Shown: positions 18,548-27,290 of the stretch, piece after piece
Position numbering within the stretch: position 1 is the stretch's first letter
Layout of the letters: each line of letters opens with the position of its first letter
Origin: Candidatus Mediterraneibacter colneyensis
Lineage (GTDB): Bacteria > Bacillota > Clostridia > Lachnospirales > Lachnospiraceae
DNA length: 61,607 nucleotides
NCBI GenBank assembly: GCA_019114745.1
Contig: DXEY01000155.1
Coordinates: 1 to 61,607 of the forward strand
Direction: 5' to 3'
Notes under the pieces: generated by a model
What the model saw: only the letters and a program-made list of their open reading frames with translations
Database searches by the model: none
What the model was told of the DNA's origin: nothing
Translations under genes and position numbers: made by a program

Positions 18548-19186
18548 ATGCTGAACGAACTGGAGCAGGTGCGGCCTGCCGATATCGAGAAGAGAAGTTT
18601 TGAGATCATAACAGAAGAACTCGGGGACGTACCTCTGATCCCGGGGACAGAACCAATCGTAAAGCGCTGTATCCACACAAGTGCAGACTTTGATTATGCA
18701 GAGAACCTGAAGTTTTCTGAAGGTGTTGTGGAGCGTGCGCTCCGTGCGCTCCGGGAAGGGGCGTCCATCGTGACGGACACCCGGATGGCAATGGCGGGCA
18801 TCAATAAGAAACGTCTGGCACAGTACGGCGGGGAAGTGCATTGCTTTATGGCGGATGAAGATGTGGCGCTGACAGCCAGAGAAAACGGGACTACCCGTGC
18901 TGCCGCATGTATGGACAAAGCGGCAGGACTGTACGGGGATCAGAAACTGATCTTTGCCATCGGCAATGCGCCCACAGCTCTTGTCCGGCTTTATGAGCTG
19001 ATCCGTGAGGGCAGGCTCGTGCCGGAGCTGATCATCGCCGCCCCGGTGGGGTTTGTCAATGTTGTGCAGTCGAAAGAACTGATCCTGTCCCTGAACGATA
19101 TCCCCTATATCGTGGCGGACGGCAGAAAAGGCGGCAGTAATATCGCGGCTTGTATCTGTAATGCACTTTTATATATGATCCCGTAA
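18548..19186 (+). CDS. cbiC: Precorrin-8X methylmutase
   Basis: IEKRSFEII, RCIHTSADF, AIGNAPTAL, PVGFVNV, GRKGGSNIAA; AAGGAG RBS. Confidence 0.95.
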   Translation: MLNELEQVRPADIEKRSFEIITEELGDVPLIPGTEPIVKRCIHTSADFDYAENLKFSEGVVERALRALREGASIVTDTRMAMAGINKKRLAQYGGEVHCFMADEDVALTARENGTTRAAACMDKAAGLYGDQKLIFAIGNAPTALVRLYELIREGRLVPELIIAAPVGFVNVVQSKELILSLNDIPYIVADGRKGGSNIAACICNALLYMIP

Positions 19187-19194
19187 GGAGAGTT

Positions 19195-19680
19195 ATGATG
19201 GAGAAACCTTATTTTCCGATGTTTATTGATCTGACAGGCAAACTTGTATTTGTGGCAGGCGGAGGGACGGTCGCCCTGCGCCGGGTCAGGACTCTGCTCC
19301 GGTTCGGGGCACAGATCCGTGTCGCAGCGCCCGGATTGTGCGAAGGGCTGCTCTGTCTGGAAGAAGAGGGCAGGATCTCTGCGGAACACAGACAATACCG
19401 CTCCGGAGATATCTGCGGCGCTTTTCTTGTCCTTGCGGCTACTGACGACCGGGAAATAAACCGCAGGATATGGGAAGAGTGCCGCACGGCAGGCGTCCCG
19501 GTCAATGTGGCGGATAACAGGGCGCTCTGCGACTTCTATTTTCCTTCTGTCGTAATGACGGACGAGGCGGTGATCGGTATCAGTTCCGGCGGAAAAGATC
19601 CGTCTGTGACGAAAGCGCTGAGAAAAGACATAGAAAAAGCGTGCGGTACAGAGAAAGATTCCGTCTATGGGATAGAATAA
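19195..19680 (+). CDS. Precorrin-2 dehydrogenase (SirC / CysG N-terminal type)
   Basis: YFPMFIDL, VAGGGTVA Rossmann motif, AATDDREIN, VNVAD...CDFYFP. Confidence 0.85.
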   Translation: MMEKPYFPMFIDLTGKLVFVAGGGTVALRRVRTLLRFGAQIRVAAPGLCEGLLCLEEEGRISAEHRQYRSGDICGAFLVLAATDDREINRRIWEECRTAGVPVNVADNRALCDFYFPSVVMTDEAVIGISSGGKDPSVTKALRKDIEKACGTEKDSVYGIE

Positions 19681-19747
19681 ACATTGCAAAAATTTTATGT
19701 TTTGTTTATAATTAGTTTCATATTGTGTACAGAAAGGACTAAAGAAA

Positions 19748-21307
19748 ATGGGAGATACATTACAGATCCTGACTGCTATGGTCATTTACATGGCATCAGT
19801 CATCATCATCGGCGTTACGTTTGCAAGGAGGGCAAATGCAAGTTCGGACGCATATTTTCTCGGAGGGAGAAGCCTTGGACCGTGGGTGACGGCAATGAGC
19901 GCGGAGGCATCCGATATGTCGGGGTGGCTGCTCATGGGACTTCCCGGCGTGGCGTACTGGTGCGGCATTGCTGACGCAGCATGGACTGCCATCGGGCTTG
20001 CGGCGGGAACATACATCAACTGGCTGATCGTTTCCAGACGTCTGCGCCGCTACAGTGAGAAAGCGGGCAACGCCATCACGCTGCCGGAGTATTTTTCCAA
20101 CCGGTTCCACGAGAAGAAAAAAGTGATCATGACGATCGCGGCAGTGTTTATCCTGATATTCTTTACCGTGTATGCGGCGAGCTGTCTTGTGACCTGCGGA
20201 AAGCTGTTCTCTACTTTGTTCGGTCTTCCCTATATCCCGATGATGATCGTGGGAGCTGTGTTTGTACTGATCTATACGATCATCGGCGGATTTCTGGCGG
20301 AGAGCGCGTCAGACTTCATGCAGGCGATCGTTATGATCATAGCGCTTGGAGTGATTGTTCTTGTCGGAACTTATTCGGCAGGCGGATTTGGCGCTGTGAT
20401 CGATAACGTAAAAGATATCCCGGGATTCCTGGAATTTTTCGGCATGGCAACTCCTCAGACTGTGGACGGCGTGCAGCAGACGGCGAACGGAGTTCCTCTG
20501 TTCGGTGAAGCGGCTCCGTACGGGATCCTCTCGATCGTGTCCATGCTGGCATGGGGGCTCGGATACTTTGGCGTTCCCCAGGTACTTCTGAGGTTCATGG
20601 CGATCCGCCATGAGGATGAACTGAAACGTTCCCGCCGGATCGCGACAGTGTGGGTCGTGATCTCTCTTACGATCGCGGTATTCATCGGAGTGCTCGGGCG
20701 TGCGCTCTACCCGACGGCGCTTGCTACCTCATCGGAGGCGGAGAATGTATTCATCCTCCTCTCGACGAATCTCCTGCCTCCGCTGATCGCAGGCTTCGTC
20801 ATGGCGGGGATCCTGGCGGCGACCATCAGTTCCTCGGACTCTTACCTGCTCATTGCGGCTTCCGCATTTGCAAAGAATATTTATCACGGACTGTTCCGCA
20901 AGAAAGCATCGGACAAAGAAGTGCTCAATATTTCACGTCTGACGCTGCTTGTGATCGCCATTGTAGCGATCGTCATCGCACTGGACGAGAACAGCGTGAT
21001 CTTTACGATCGTGAGCTTTGCCTGGGCGGGCTTCGGAGCTACGTTCGGTCCGCTCATGCTCTTCAGCCTGTTCTGGAAGAGAACGACGAGAGCCGGAGCG
21101 ATTGCCGGTATGCTCGGCGGCGCAGGTATGGTGTTTGTGTGGAATCTGCTCGTGCGCCCGCTCGGCGGTGTCTGGGATATTTATGAGCTCCTTCCCGCGT
21201 TCCTGTTCTCCAGCCTGTGCATCGTAGTGGTGTCTCTTATGACCCCGGAACCGTCGGCAGAGATCAAACGGGAATTTGACGAAGTAAAACAGATGGGGAC
21301 AAAATAA
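19748..21307 (+). CDS. putP: Sodium/proline symporter (SSS family)
   Basis: YFLGGRSLGPWVTAMSAEASDMSGWLLMGLPG, WGLGYFGVPQVLLRFMA, AWAGFGATFGP. Confidence 0.93.
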   Translation: MGDTLQILTAMVIYMASVIIIGVTFARRANASSDAYFLGGRSLGPWVTAMSAEASDMSGWLLMGLPGVAYWCGIADAAWTAIGLAAGTYINWLIVSRRLRRYSEKAGNAITLPEYFSNRFHEKKKVIMTIAAVFILIFFTVYAASCLVTCGKLFSTLFGLPYIPMMIVGAVFVLIYTIIGGFLAESASDFMQAIVMIIALGVIVLVGTYSAGGFGAVIDNVKDIPGFLEFFGMATPQTVDGVQQTANGVPLFGEAAPYGILSIVSMLAWGLGYFGVPQVLLRFMAIRHEDELKRSRRIATVWVVISLTIAVFIGVLGRALYPTALATSSEAENVFILLSTNLLPPLIAGFVMAGILAATISSSDSYLLIAASAFAKNIYHGLFRKKASDKEVLNISRLTLLVIAIVAIVIALDENSVIFTIVSFAWAGFGATFGPLMLFSLFWKRTTRAGAIAGMLGGAGMVFVWNLLVRPLGGVWDIYELLPAFLFSSLCIVVVSLMTPEPSAEIKREFDEVKQMGTK

Positions 21308-21339
21308 GAAAATAAGTGATACGATATATAAGATCAGAG

Positions 21340-21370
21340 CAGCAGCCATTTCGGCTGCTGTTTTGTATTT
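21340..21370 (+). terminator. Intrinsic terminator after putP
   Basis: CAGCAGCC / GGCTGCTG stem followed by TTTTGTATTT. Confidence 0.75.
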
Positions 21371-21371
21371 C

Positions 21372-21392
21372 ATCTAAACAGAATCTAAACAG
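21372..21392 (+). promoter_or_regulatory. Tandem direct repeat, candidate KdpE (OmpR-family) binding site
   Basis: ATCTAAACAG twice with 11-bp period, about 40 bp upstream of a TATGAT -10 (21434-21439) that lacks a clear -35. Confidence 0.55.
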
Positions 21393-21464
21393 CCGTCCCG
21401 CTAATATTATTACCGTCTTAATACAAACTGTACTATGATATAGCTAAGAAAGAAGGTGATCAAT

Positions 21465-21938
21465 ATGTTACAGGATCTGTTATTATTATTCATCGTTATC
21501 GCCGGGGGAGCATACGGCCTGTATCTGATGAGAGGGGTCGATCATTTCATAAAGAAAAACAGGGAAGAGGAAGCGGCGGTTCATTCAGATAAGCGCAGAG
21601 AATGTGCGGTCATATTCAGCGACAGCGGGGCGCCGGAACTGGAAGAGTGGTTCTCTGACGCCGGATTCCGCGTGGTTTCAGTTTCAGGTATCTATCTGCC
21701 GGAAGAGTGCCGGGATGCCAGATATCTCGTCGCTCTGGGCAGTTCGGATGTAGATAACCTGTCTGTATGCAATCTGATGAAACAGGTAAATCCGAAAGCG
21801 GAGATCTACAGCCTGTGCAATGACAGGTCAGTGAAAAAGCTGTACAGAAAAGCAGGGGCTTCAGTTGCGTATAACCGGGAAGAGCTGATGCAGAGGATGG
21901 AGCTGATCATTCTGGGACACGAGGTGGGAGCGGCATGA
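21465..21938 (+). CDS. Small membrane-anchored protein with a degenerate RCK/TrkA-N domain
   Basis: N-terminal TM helix; LVALGSSDVDNLSVCNLMK...LYRKAGAS resembles the RCK_N C-terminal half; stop overlaps the ktrB-like start (ATGA). Confidence 0.6.
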   Translation: MLQDLLLLFIVIAGGAYGLYLMRGVDHFIKKNREEEAAVHSDKRRECAVIFSDSGAPELEEWFSDAGFRVVSVSGIYLPEECRDARYLVALGSSDVDNLSVCNLMKQVNPKAEIYSLCNDRSVKKLYRKAGASVAYNREELMQRMELIILGHEVGAA

Positions 21939-23278
21939 TCAAAAAACTTATCCGGCGCCTTACGCCCACCCAGATGATCCTGATCGGGTTCTGCGCCCTG
22001 GAAATAGCAGGGACACTGCTTTTGATGCTCCCGGTATCTACAAGAGAGGGAATTGTGACACCGCCTGTAAACGCGCTGTTTACGACGGTGTCAGCGTCGT
22101 GTGTGACAGGACTGGTAGTGGCGGACACTTTTCAGTACTGGTCTGTGTTCGGACAGTGTGTGATCCTGATGCTGATCCAGATCGGAGGCCTGGGCTTTAT
22201 GACTATCGGCGTTTTTTTTGCGGTTATCCTGAGACGCAGGATCGGCCTGTGGGTGAGGGGAACTCTGCAGGAAAGCGTTAACTTTATGCAGACAGGAGGA
22301 ATAATCAGGCTCGCAAAGAAGATTGTTACAGGTACTGTGATCTTCGAGGGGGCGGGAGCGGTGATCCTCGCCGTCCGTTTCAGCCGGGATATGGATCTTG
22401 CCCAGGCAGTATATTATGGTATTTTCCATTCGGTCTCAGCATTCTGCAATGCGGGATTTGACCTGATGGGGAAAGACGGAGCATATATTTCATTAACAGA
22501 ATACTCGGGCGACTGGGTTGTGAATCTTGTGATCATGCTGCTTATCATAACAGGCGGTATCGGTTTCTTTATCTGGGATGATATTTCTGAAAATGGAATC
22601 CATTTCCGCAGATATCATCTGCATACAAAGATTACGGTACTTATGACGGCAATCCTGATCTTTGGCGGAGCTGTTGTGCTTTTTTTTCTCGAATATCATA
22701 ATACGATTGCGGGACGGCCTCTGGATGAGCAGGTGCTGTGTTCCCTGTTCGGATCCGTGACGGCAAGAACAGCAGGATTCAATACGGTAGATACGGGAGC
22801 ACTCACAGACAGCAGTAAACTTGTTACCATCCTGCTGATGTTTATCGGCGGAAGTCCCGGATCTACGGCGGGCGGCATTAAGACCACCACCGCGGTTGTC
22901 CTGATTGCACATGTATATGCCGGGCTGTTCGGAAAGAAGGACTGTACGATGTTCGGCAGGAGGATAGGAGGGGATGCGGTTCACAAGGCGGGAACAGTCC
23001 TGTGTACGAACCTCCTGCTTTCGGTCACTGCAGTTCTGGTCATTGTTACAGCAACATCTCTCGATGTGACAGACGTGATGTTTGAAGTGGCATCGGCAAT
23101 GGGAACCGTCGGCATGTCGGCGGGGATTACGAGGAGTCTTGATACCATCTCAAAACTTGTTCTTATTTTCCTGATGTTCTGCGGAAGAGTGGGGAGTTTT
23201 ACATTTGCGCTTTCGCTGAAAGGACATAAGGTGGATCCTCCGGTTCGGCTTCCGGAAGAACAGGTGATGATCGGATAG
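21935..23278 (+). CDS. ktrB: Ktr/Trk K+ uptake membrane subunit (KtrB/TrkH)
   Basis: SASCVTGL, SAFCNAGF, ARTAGF, SAMGTVGMS selectivity-filter motifs; GSTAGGIK. Confidence 0.92.
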   Translation: MIKKLIRRLTPTQMILIGFCALEIAGTLLLMLPVSTREGIVTPPVNALFTTVSASCVTGLVVADTFQYWSVFGQCVILMLIQIGGLGFMTIGVFFAVILRRRIGLWVRGTLQESVNFMQTGGIIRLAKKIVTGTVIFEGAGAVILAVRFSRDMDLAQAVYYGIFHSVSAFCNAGFDLMGKDGAYISLTEYSGDWVVNLVIMLLIITGGIGFFIWDDISENGIHFRRYHLHTKITVLMTAILIFGGAVVLFFLEYHNTIAGRPLDEQVLCSLFGSVTARTAGFNTVDTGALTDSSKLVTILLMFIGGSPGSTAGGIKTTTAVVLIAHVYAGLFGKKDCTMFGRRIGGDAVHKAGTVLCTNLLLSVTAVLVIVTATSLDVTDVMFEVASAMGTVGMSAGITRSLDTISKLVLIFLMFCGRVGSFTFALSLKGHKVDPPVRLPEEQVMIG

Positions 23279-23337
23279 TCCGGTGGATATGGAAAGAATA
23301 AACAATAATTTGGCTGGGAACAGCCGGGAGGCGAGAT

Positions 23338-23991
23338 ATGAAATCTGTTTTGATTATAGGAACTGGAAGGCTGGGGCATCATTTGTGCCTCAATATGTCG
23401 CATATGGGGAATGAGGTAATGATCGTGGATAAAAATGAGGAGAGTATGCAGGATCTTCTCCCCTGTGCACTAATGGCGAAAGTTGGAGACTGTACAAAGC
23501 TGGAAGTGTTAAAAAGCCTTGGGGTCGGAAATTTTGATATCTGTTTTGTGTGCATCAGCAACAGTTTTCAGGACAGTCTTGAGATCACCAGTTTGCTGAA
23601 AGAACTCGGCGCATCCTATGTGGTGAGTAAGGCAAACCGGGATATCCAGGCTAAGTTCCTTCTGAGGAATGGCGCTGACGAAGTGATTTATCCGGAGAGA
23701 GATGTGGCAGAACGTATTGCAATCAAATACGGAAGCAATAAGGTGTTTGATTATATCGAGATGACAGAAGGGTATTCGATCCTGGAGATCCCGCCTATGC
23801 ATGGCTGGGCAGGGAAAAGCATCGGGCAGCTGGCGATCCGTTCGCGTTATCATGTCAGCATCCTCGGGATCAAGGTCAACGGACATCTGCAGTTCCTCCC
23901 CCGGCCCGACAGGGTGCTGGCGGCCGAAGATCATCTGATGATCGTGGGATTGAAGAAGGATATCGACCGTATCTTGGCAAATATGGAGTAA
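23338..23991 (+). CDS. ktrA: Ktr/Trk K+ uptake RCK subunit (KtrA/TrkA)
   Basis: IIGTGRLG, GADEVIYPERD, C-terminal TrkA_C. Confidence 0.9.
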   Translation: MKSVLIIGTGRLGHHLCLNMSHMGNEVMIVDKNEESMQDLLPCALMAKVGDCTKLEVLKSLGVGNFDICFVCISNSFQDSLEITSLLKELGASYVVSKANRDIQAKFLLRNGADEVIYPERDVAERIAIKYGSNKVFDYIEMTEGYSILEIPPMHGWAGKSIGQLAIRSRYHVSILGIKVNGHLQFLPRPDRVLAAEDHLMIVGLKKDIDRILANME

Positions 23992-24085
23992 AGTGTTAAA
24001 ATTTAGTGGGACAGACTGAGCGGCGGCTGCCGTGCCGGATTGCCGCACTGTGTCAAAACCGATAAATACGGGAGAACTTAGATCA

Positions 24086-25534
24086 ATGAAAAGGATCGCC
24101 GGATTAGCAGAGAAAATACGAAAGAGCGAGAGATCTGTTTTTTTGATCCGTACGGCAGGTATTGTGCTGGCCGCAAGCCTCGTCAGCATATTTTTAAATC
24201 AGAATGGCGTCATGAAAGAGAATATACTCATGGTGTTTCTGATCGGGGTACTTTTAACAGGCGCATATACGGCAGGATATGAATACGGGATCATAGCTGC
24301 GGTTGTCAGCGTGCTTATGTTCAATTATTTCTTCACGGTTCCGGTACATACATTTGCGATCATGAATCCCAATGACGTGGCAATGATGTTCTTTTTCCTC
24401 GCAGCATCCTTTATTTCATCCGGGATGACGGCACGTTTCCGCAGACAGCTCCTGATCGCGGAAAGAAATGAGAGGACAGCCCGGCGCATGTCTGAAATGT
24501 CAGAAAAATTTATCAATGTGACCGGAAAAGAGAGGATCATTGCTCTGGGTCTCGAATACATCAGGGAAAATACGGGGTATGATGCAAAGGTGAGGCTGGC
24601 GGGAGAAGATGAGACGGAGGATTCGGAAGGCGGATATATTTTATTTCCGATCGGGAGTATGGTTCAGAAGATCGGAGAACTGAAGGTGTACACAAGAGAC
24701 AGAGGGATCGGCCGGGAGCAGGAGATATTTATCCGCGCGGCGGCAGGTCAGATAGGGATTGCCCTTGACCGGGAGATGATCTATGCGGAACAGGAAAAAA
24801 CAAAGCTGGAAGTGGAGCGTGAACACCTGAAGAGCAGTATGCTCAGGAGTATTTCACACGATTTCAGGACCCCGCTGACCGGGATCATAGGAGACTGCGA
24901 CCTGATCCTGAACTGTCAGGTGGCGGATACAGAACAAAAGGATGCGCTTGTGAGAGATATCAGGGAACAGAGCGTGTGGCTGACGCGGACGATGGAGAAT
25001 ATCCTGAGTATGACAAAGATTGAGAGCGGGGCTGATTTTATTGATATGGAGGAGGAAGTGGTGGACGATCTTGTCCATGACGCGCAGCGCCATGTGATCG
25101 GACTGAGAGACCACCGTGTATTCAATGTTTCCATGCCCAAAGAACTTCTTATCGTAAATGTGGATGGCAGGATGATCGTGCAGGTACTGGTGAATCTGCT
25201 GGATAATGCCGTCAAGAATACACAGGAAGGAGGCAGCGTCAGCCTGAATGTATCCTACCGGGACAATAAGGCGTATTTTGTGGTGGAAGATAACGGCCGC
25301 GGGATCGAGAAGGGGCAGGAAGAAGCGATTTTTGAAGAGTTTGTATCTAATAGTGAGAAGGGTGCTGACCAGAAACGGGGGATCGGCCTGGGACTGGCGA
25401 TCTGCCGGGAAGCAGTGGAGATCCACGGAGGGAGCATCTGGGCGGAAAACAGGAGGGAAGGCGGAGCACGCTTTACTTTCTGGCTGCATGCAAAAACAGC
25501 AAAGGAGACAGAAAATGTTGAGAATGAAGAATGA
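24086..25534 (+). CDS. kdpD: KdpD-like sensor histidine kinase lacking the N-terminal cytoplasmic domains
   Basis: Four-TM region (FNYFFTVPVHTF), SISHDFRTPL H-box, VNLLDNA, EDNGRGI, GLGLAIC. Confidence 0.8.
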   Translation: MKRIAGLAEKIRKSERSVFLIRTAGIVLAASLVSIFLNQNGVMKENILMVFLIGVLLTGAYTAGYEYGIIAAVVSVLMFNYFFTVPVHTFAIMNPNDVAMMFFFLAASFISSGMTARFRRQLLIAERNERTARRMSEMSEKFINVTGKERIIALGLEYIRENTGYDAKVRLAGEDETEDSEGGYILFPIGSMVQKIGELKVYTRDRGIGREQEIFIRAAAGQIGIALDREMIYAEQEKTKLEVEREHLKSSMLRSISHDFRTPLTGIIGDCDLILNCQVADTEQKDALVRDIREQSVWLTRTMENILSMTKIESGADFIDMEEEVVDDLVHDAQRHVIGLRDHRVFNVSMPKELLIVNVDGRMIVQVLVNLLDNAVKNTQEGGSVSLNVSYRDNKAYFVVEDNGRGIEKGQEEAIFEEFVSNSEKGADQKRGIGLGLAICREAVEIHGGSIWAENRREGGARFTFWLHAKTAKETENVENEE

Positions 25535-26204
25535 AATACTGATCGTGGAGGACGACAGATATATTATACGCTTCATGGATATGAGCATGAAGGAAGAAGA
25601 GTATACGATCTCCGTCGCAAGGACGATAAGAGAAGCGCTTACCCTGTTTTTTGCAAATCATCCGGATCTGGTAATACTGGATCTGGGACTCCCCGATGGG
25701 GACGGGATCGAAGTGCTCAAAAGGATCAGAGAAAATTCGGATATCCCGGTGATCGTAGTTTCGGCACGGCAGGAAGAGGACGAAAAAATACGTGCGCTTG
25801 ACGCGGGCGCGGATGATTATGTGACCAAGCCGTTTTATATGGGGGAGCTGCTGGCAAGGGTGCGCGCGGCGCTCCGCAGGCTCGAAAACCGTGTTGCGGA
25901 GAAGGATCCGAAATATGAGGACGGCGATCTGGTCGTTGATTTTGAAAACAGGATCGTAGAGGCGGGAGGACGTGAGATACATCTTACTCCGATGGAATAC
26001 AAGATTCTGGCGCTGCTGATCCTGAACCGGGGCAAAGTATTGACGCACCGCTATATCCTGAAGGAAATCTGGGGATATGCCGAGGGAGCAGACGCAGCTA
26101 CCCTGAGGGTGTTTATGGCGACTCTGCGCAGGAAAATTGAAAAAGATCCATCGAATCCCCAGCACATTCTCACGGAAGTCGGCGTGGGATACCGCTTTAA
26201 GTAA
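25515..26204 (+). CDS. kdpE: KdpE-like OmpR-family response regulator
   Basis: ILIVEDD, LDLGLPDGDG, GADDYVTKPF, LRVFMATLRRKIE...TEVGVGYR. Confidence 0.9.
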   Translation: MLRMKNEILIVEDDRYIIRFMDMSMKEEEYTISVARTIREALTLFFANHPDLVILDLGLPDGDGIEVLKRIRENSDIPVIVVSARQEEDEKIRALDAGADDYVTKPFYMGELLARVRAALRRLENRVAEKDPKYEDGDLVVDFENRIVEAGGREIHLTPMEYKILALLILNRGKVLTHRYILKEIWGYAEGADAATLRVFMATLRRKIEKDPSNPQHILTEVGVGYRFK

Positions 26205-26206
26205 AC

Positions 26207-26248
26207 AGAGCGCAGAGGACGGGCTGTCCCGTTCATCTGCGCTCTTTT
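26207..26248. terminator. Terminator hairpin between convergent kdpE and the PHP gene
   Basis: AGAGCGCAGA / TCTGCGCTCT stem with inner pairing, then TTT; overlaps the PHP gene 3' end. Confidence 0.6.
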
Positions 26249-26952
26249 AATGCTTTTATCACTCCCGCGGCATCGGCGGATTCCACATAGATCTGATGCT
26301 CCGGTTCGTGGATATCCTCCAGATAATGGGCATCGGAACAGCAGATCACGCTGCATGTTTCAAAATACGGATGCTCCCGTCTGATCCGGTGGAGGTTCTT
26401 AAAATCATGGAACTCCGCGCAGGAAAACGTACTTCCGGGCGGGACGAAACCGAGATTCGAGATCAGGCTCGTGGAAGTTTTGTCAACGTGGGCGGGATAG
26501 GCGATCCCGTGGAAGGATTCCACGAGAGGAAATACATCGTCAAACGGGATGGATGTGGCGTTGATGAGAAGAAGCTCCACTGTGCCGGTCACCTCATCGC
26601 GCTCGTTCATGATCTGCTGCTTTCCGAAGATGTCCTCCCGGTTGGGGACGGGCAGGAGTTTCTCACAGACGAGGGAGTCAAAGGCAAGTGCGTCTTCCAA
26701 AGCAGGGAAGAGGCAGATTACATGTACCTCCTCGGCTGTGGTCAGTTCCATACCTGGGATCACCGTCACTCCGTACTGCTCCCCGTGGTACATGGCAGCG
26801 GGGCAGTTGCGGCAGGTGTTGTGGTCGGTGAGCGCGATCACATCCAGCCCTTTGACTGCCGCCATTCCGGTCAGGTTGGCGGGGGTCATATCGTCATCCC
26901 CGCATGGGGAAAGGCAGGAATGGATATGCAGGTCATAGTAGAGCGGGATCAT
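26233..26952 (-). CDS. PHP-domain metal-dependent phosphoesterase
   Basis: DLHIHSCLSPC, ALTDHN, GMEL, PAH, SDAHY. Confidence 0.9.
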   Translation of the reverse strand: MIPLYYDLHIHSCLSPCGDDDMTPANLTGMAAVKGLDVIALTDHNTCRNCPAAMYHGEQYGVTVIPGMELTTAEEVHVICLFPALEDALAFDSLVCEKLLPVPNREDIFGKQQIMNERDEVTGTVELLLINATSIPFDDVFPLVESFHGIAYPAHVDKTSTSLISNLGFVPPGSTFSCAEFHDFKNLHRIRREHPYFETCSVICCSDAHYLEDIHEPEHQIYVESADAAGVIKALKERR

Positions 26953-27290
26953 AACTCTCCCGCCTGATAGATCTTCAGGGCGGCGTCAAATACAGGCAGC
27001 CCGGTTGCAAGCACGGCGATGCCTTCCTCCTCCGCCTTCGCAAGCGTATCCGCGTCCAGGGTGACCCCTTCGGCGAGTACGATGCATGCGGTATCAGTCA
27101 GAGACGCCACTGCGAGGGTATTCTTATTCCCCATAACTGTCACCCAGGCGCAGCCCGCGGGCGCCCTGCCCATGGCAATGCTCAAAAGATCACAGCAGAA
27201 TACCTTTGTGATTTCCCGCTCGGGATTTCCTTTCACTAATGTCGTGCATTCCGGCAGTTCCAGTATGGTCTGAAGTTTCATATCCGTCAC
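26949..27290 (-). CDS. Stand-alone DRTGG-domain protein
   Basis: CCDLLSIAM, WVTVMGNKNTLAVA, IVLAEG, AEEEGIAVL pattern. Confidence 0.75.
   Translation of the reverse strand: MTDMKLQTILELPECTTLVKGNPEREITKVFCCDLLSIAMGRAPAGCAWVTVMGNKNTLAVASLTDTACIVLAEGVTLDADTLAKAEEEGIAVLATGLPVFDAALKIYQAGEL

Noticed and set aside
21308-21464. c-di-AMP (ydaO) riboswitch ahead of ktr
   Set aside because: The gap is filled by a terminator, direct repeats and a promoter; no aptamer motifs seen
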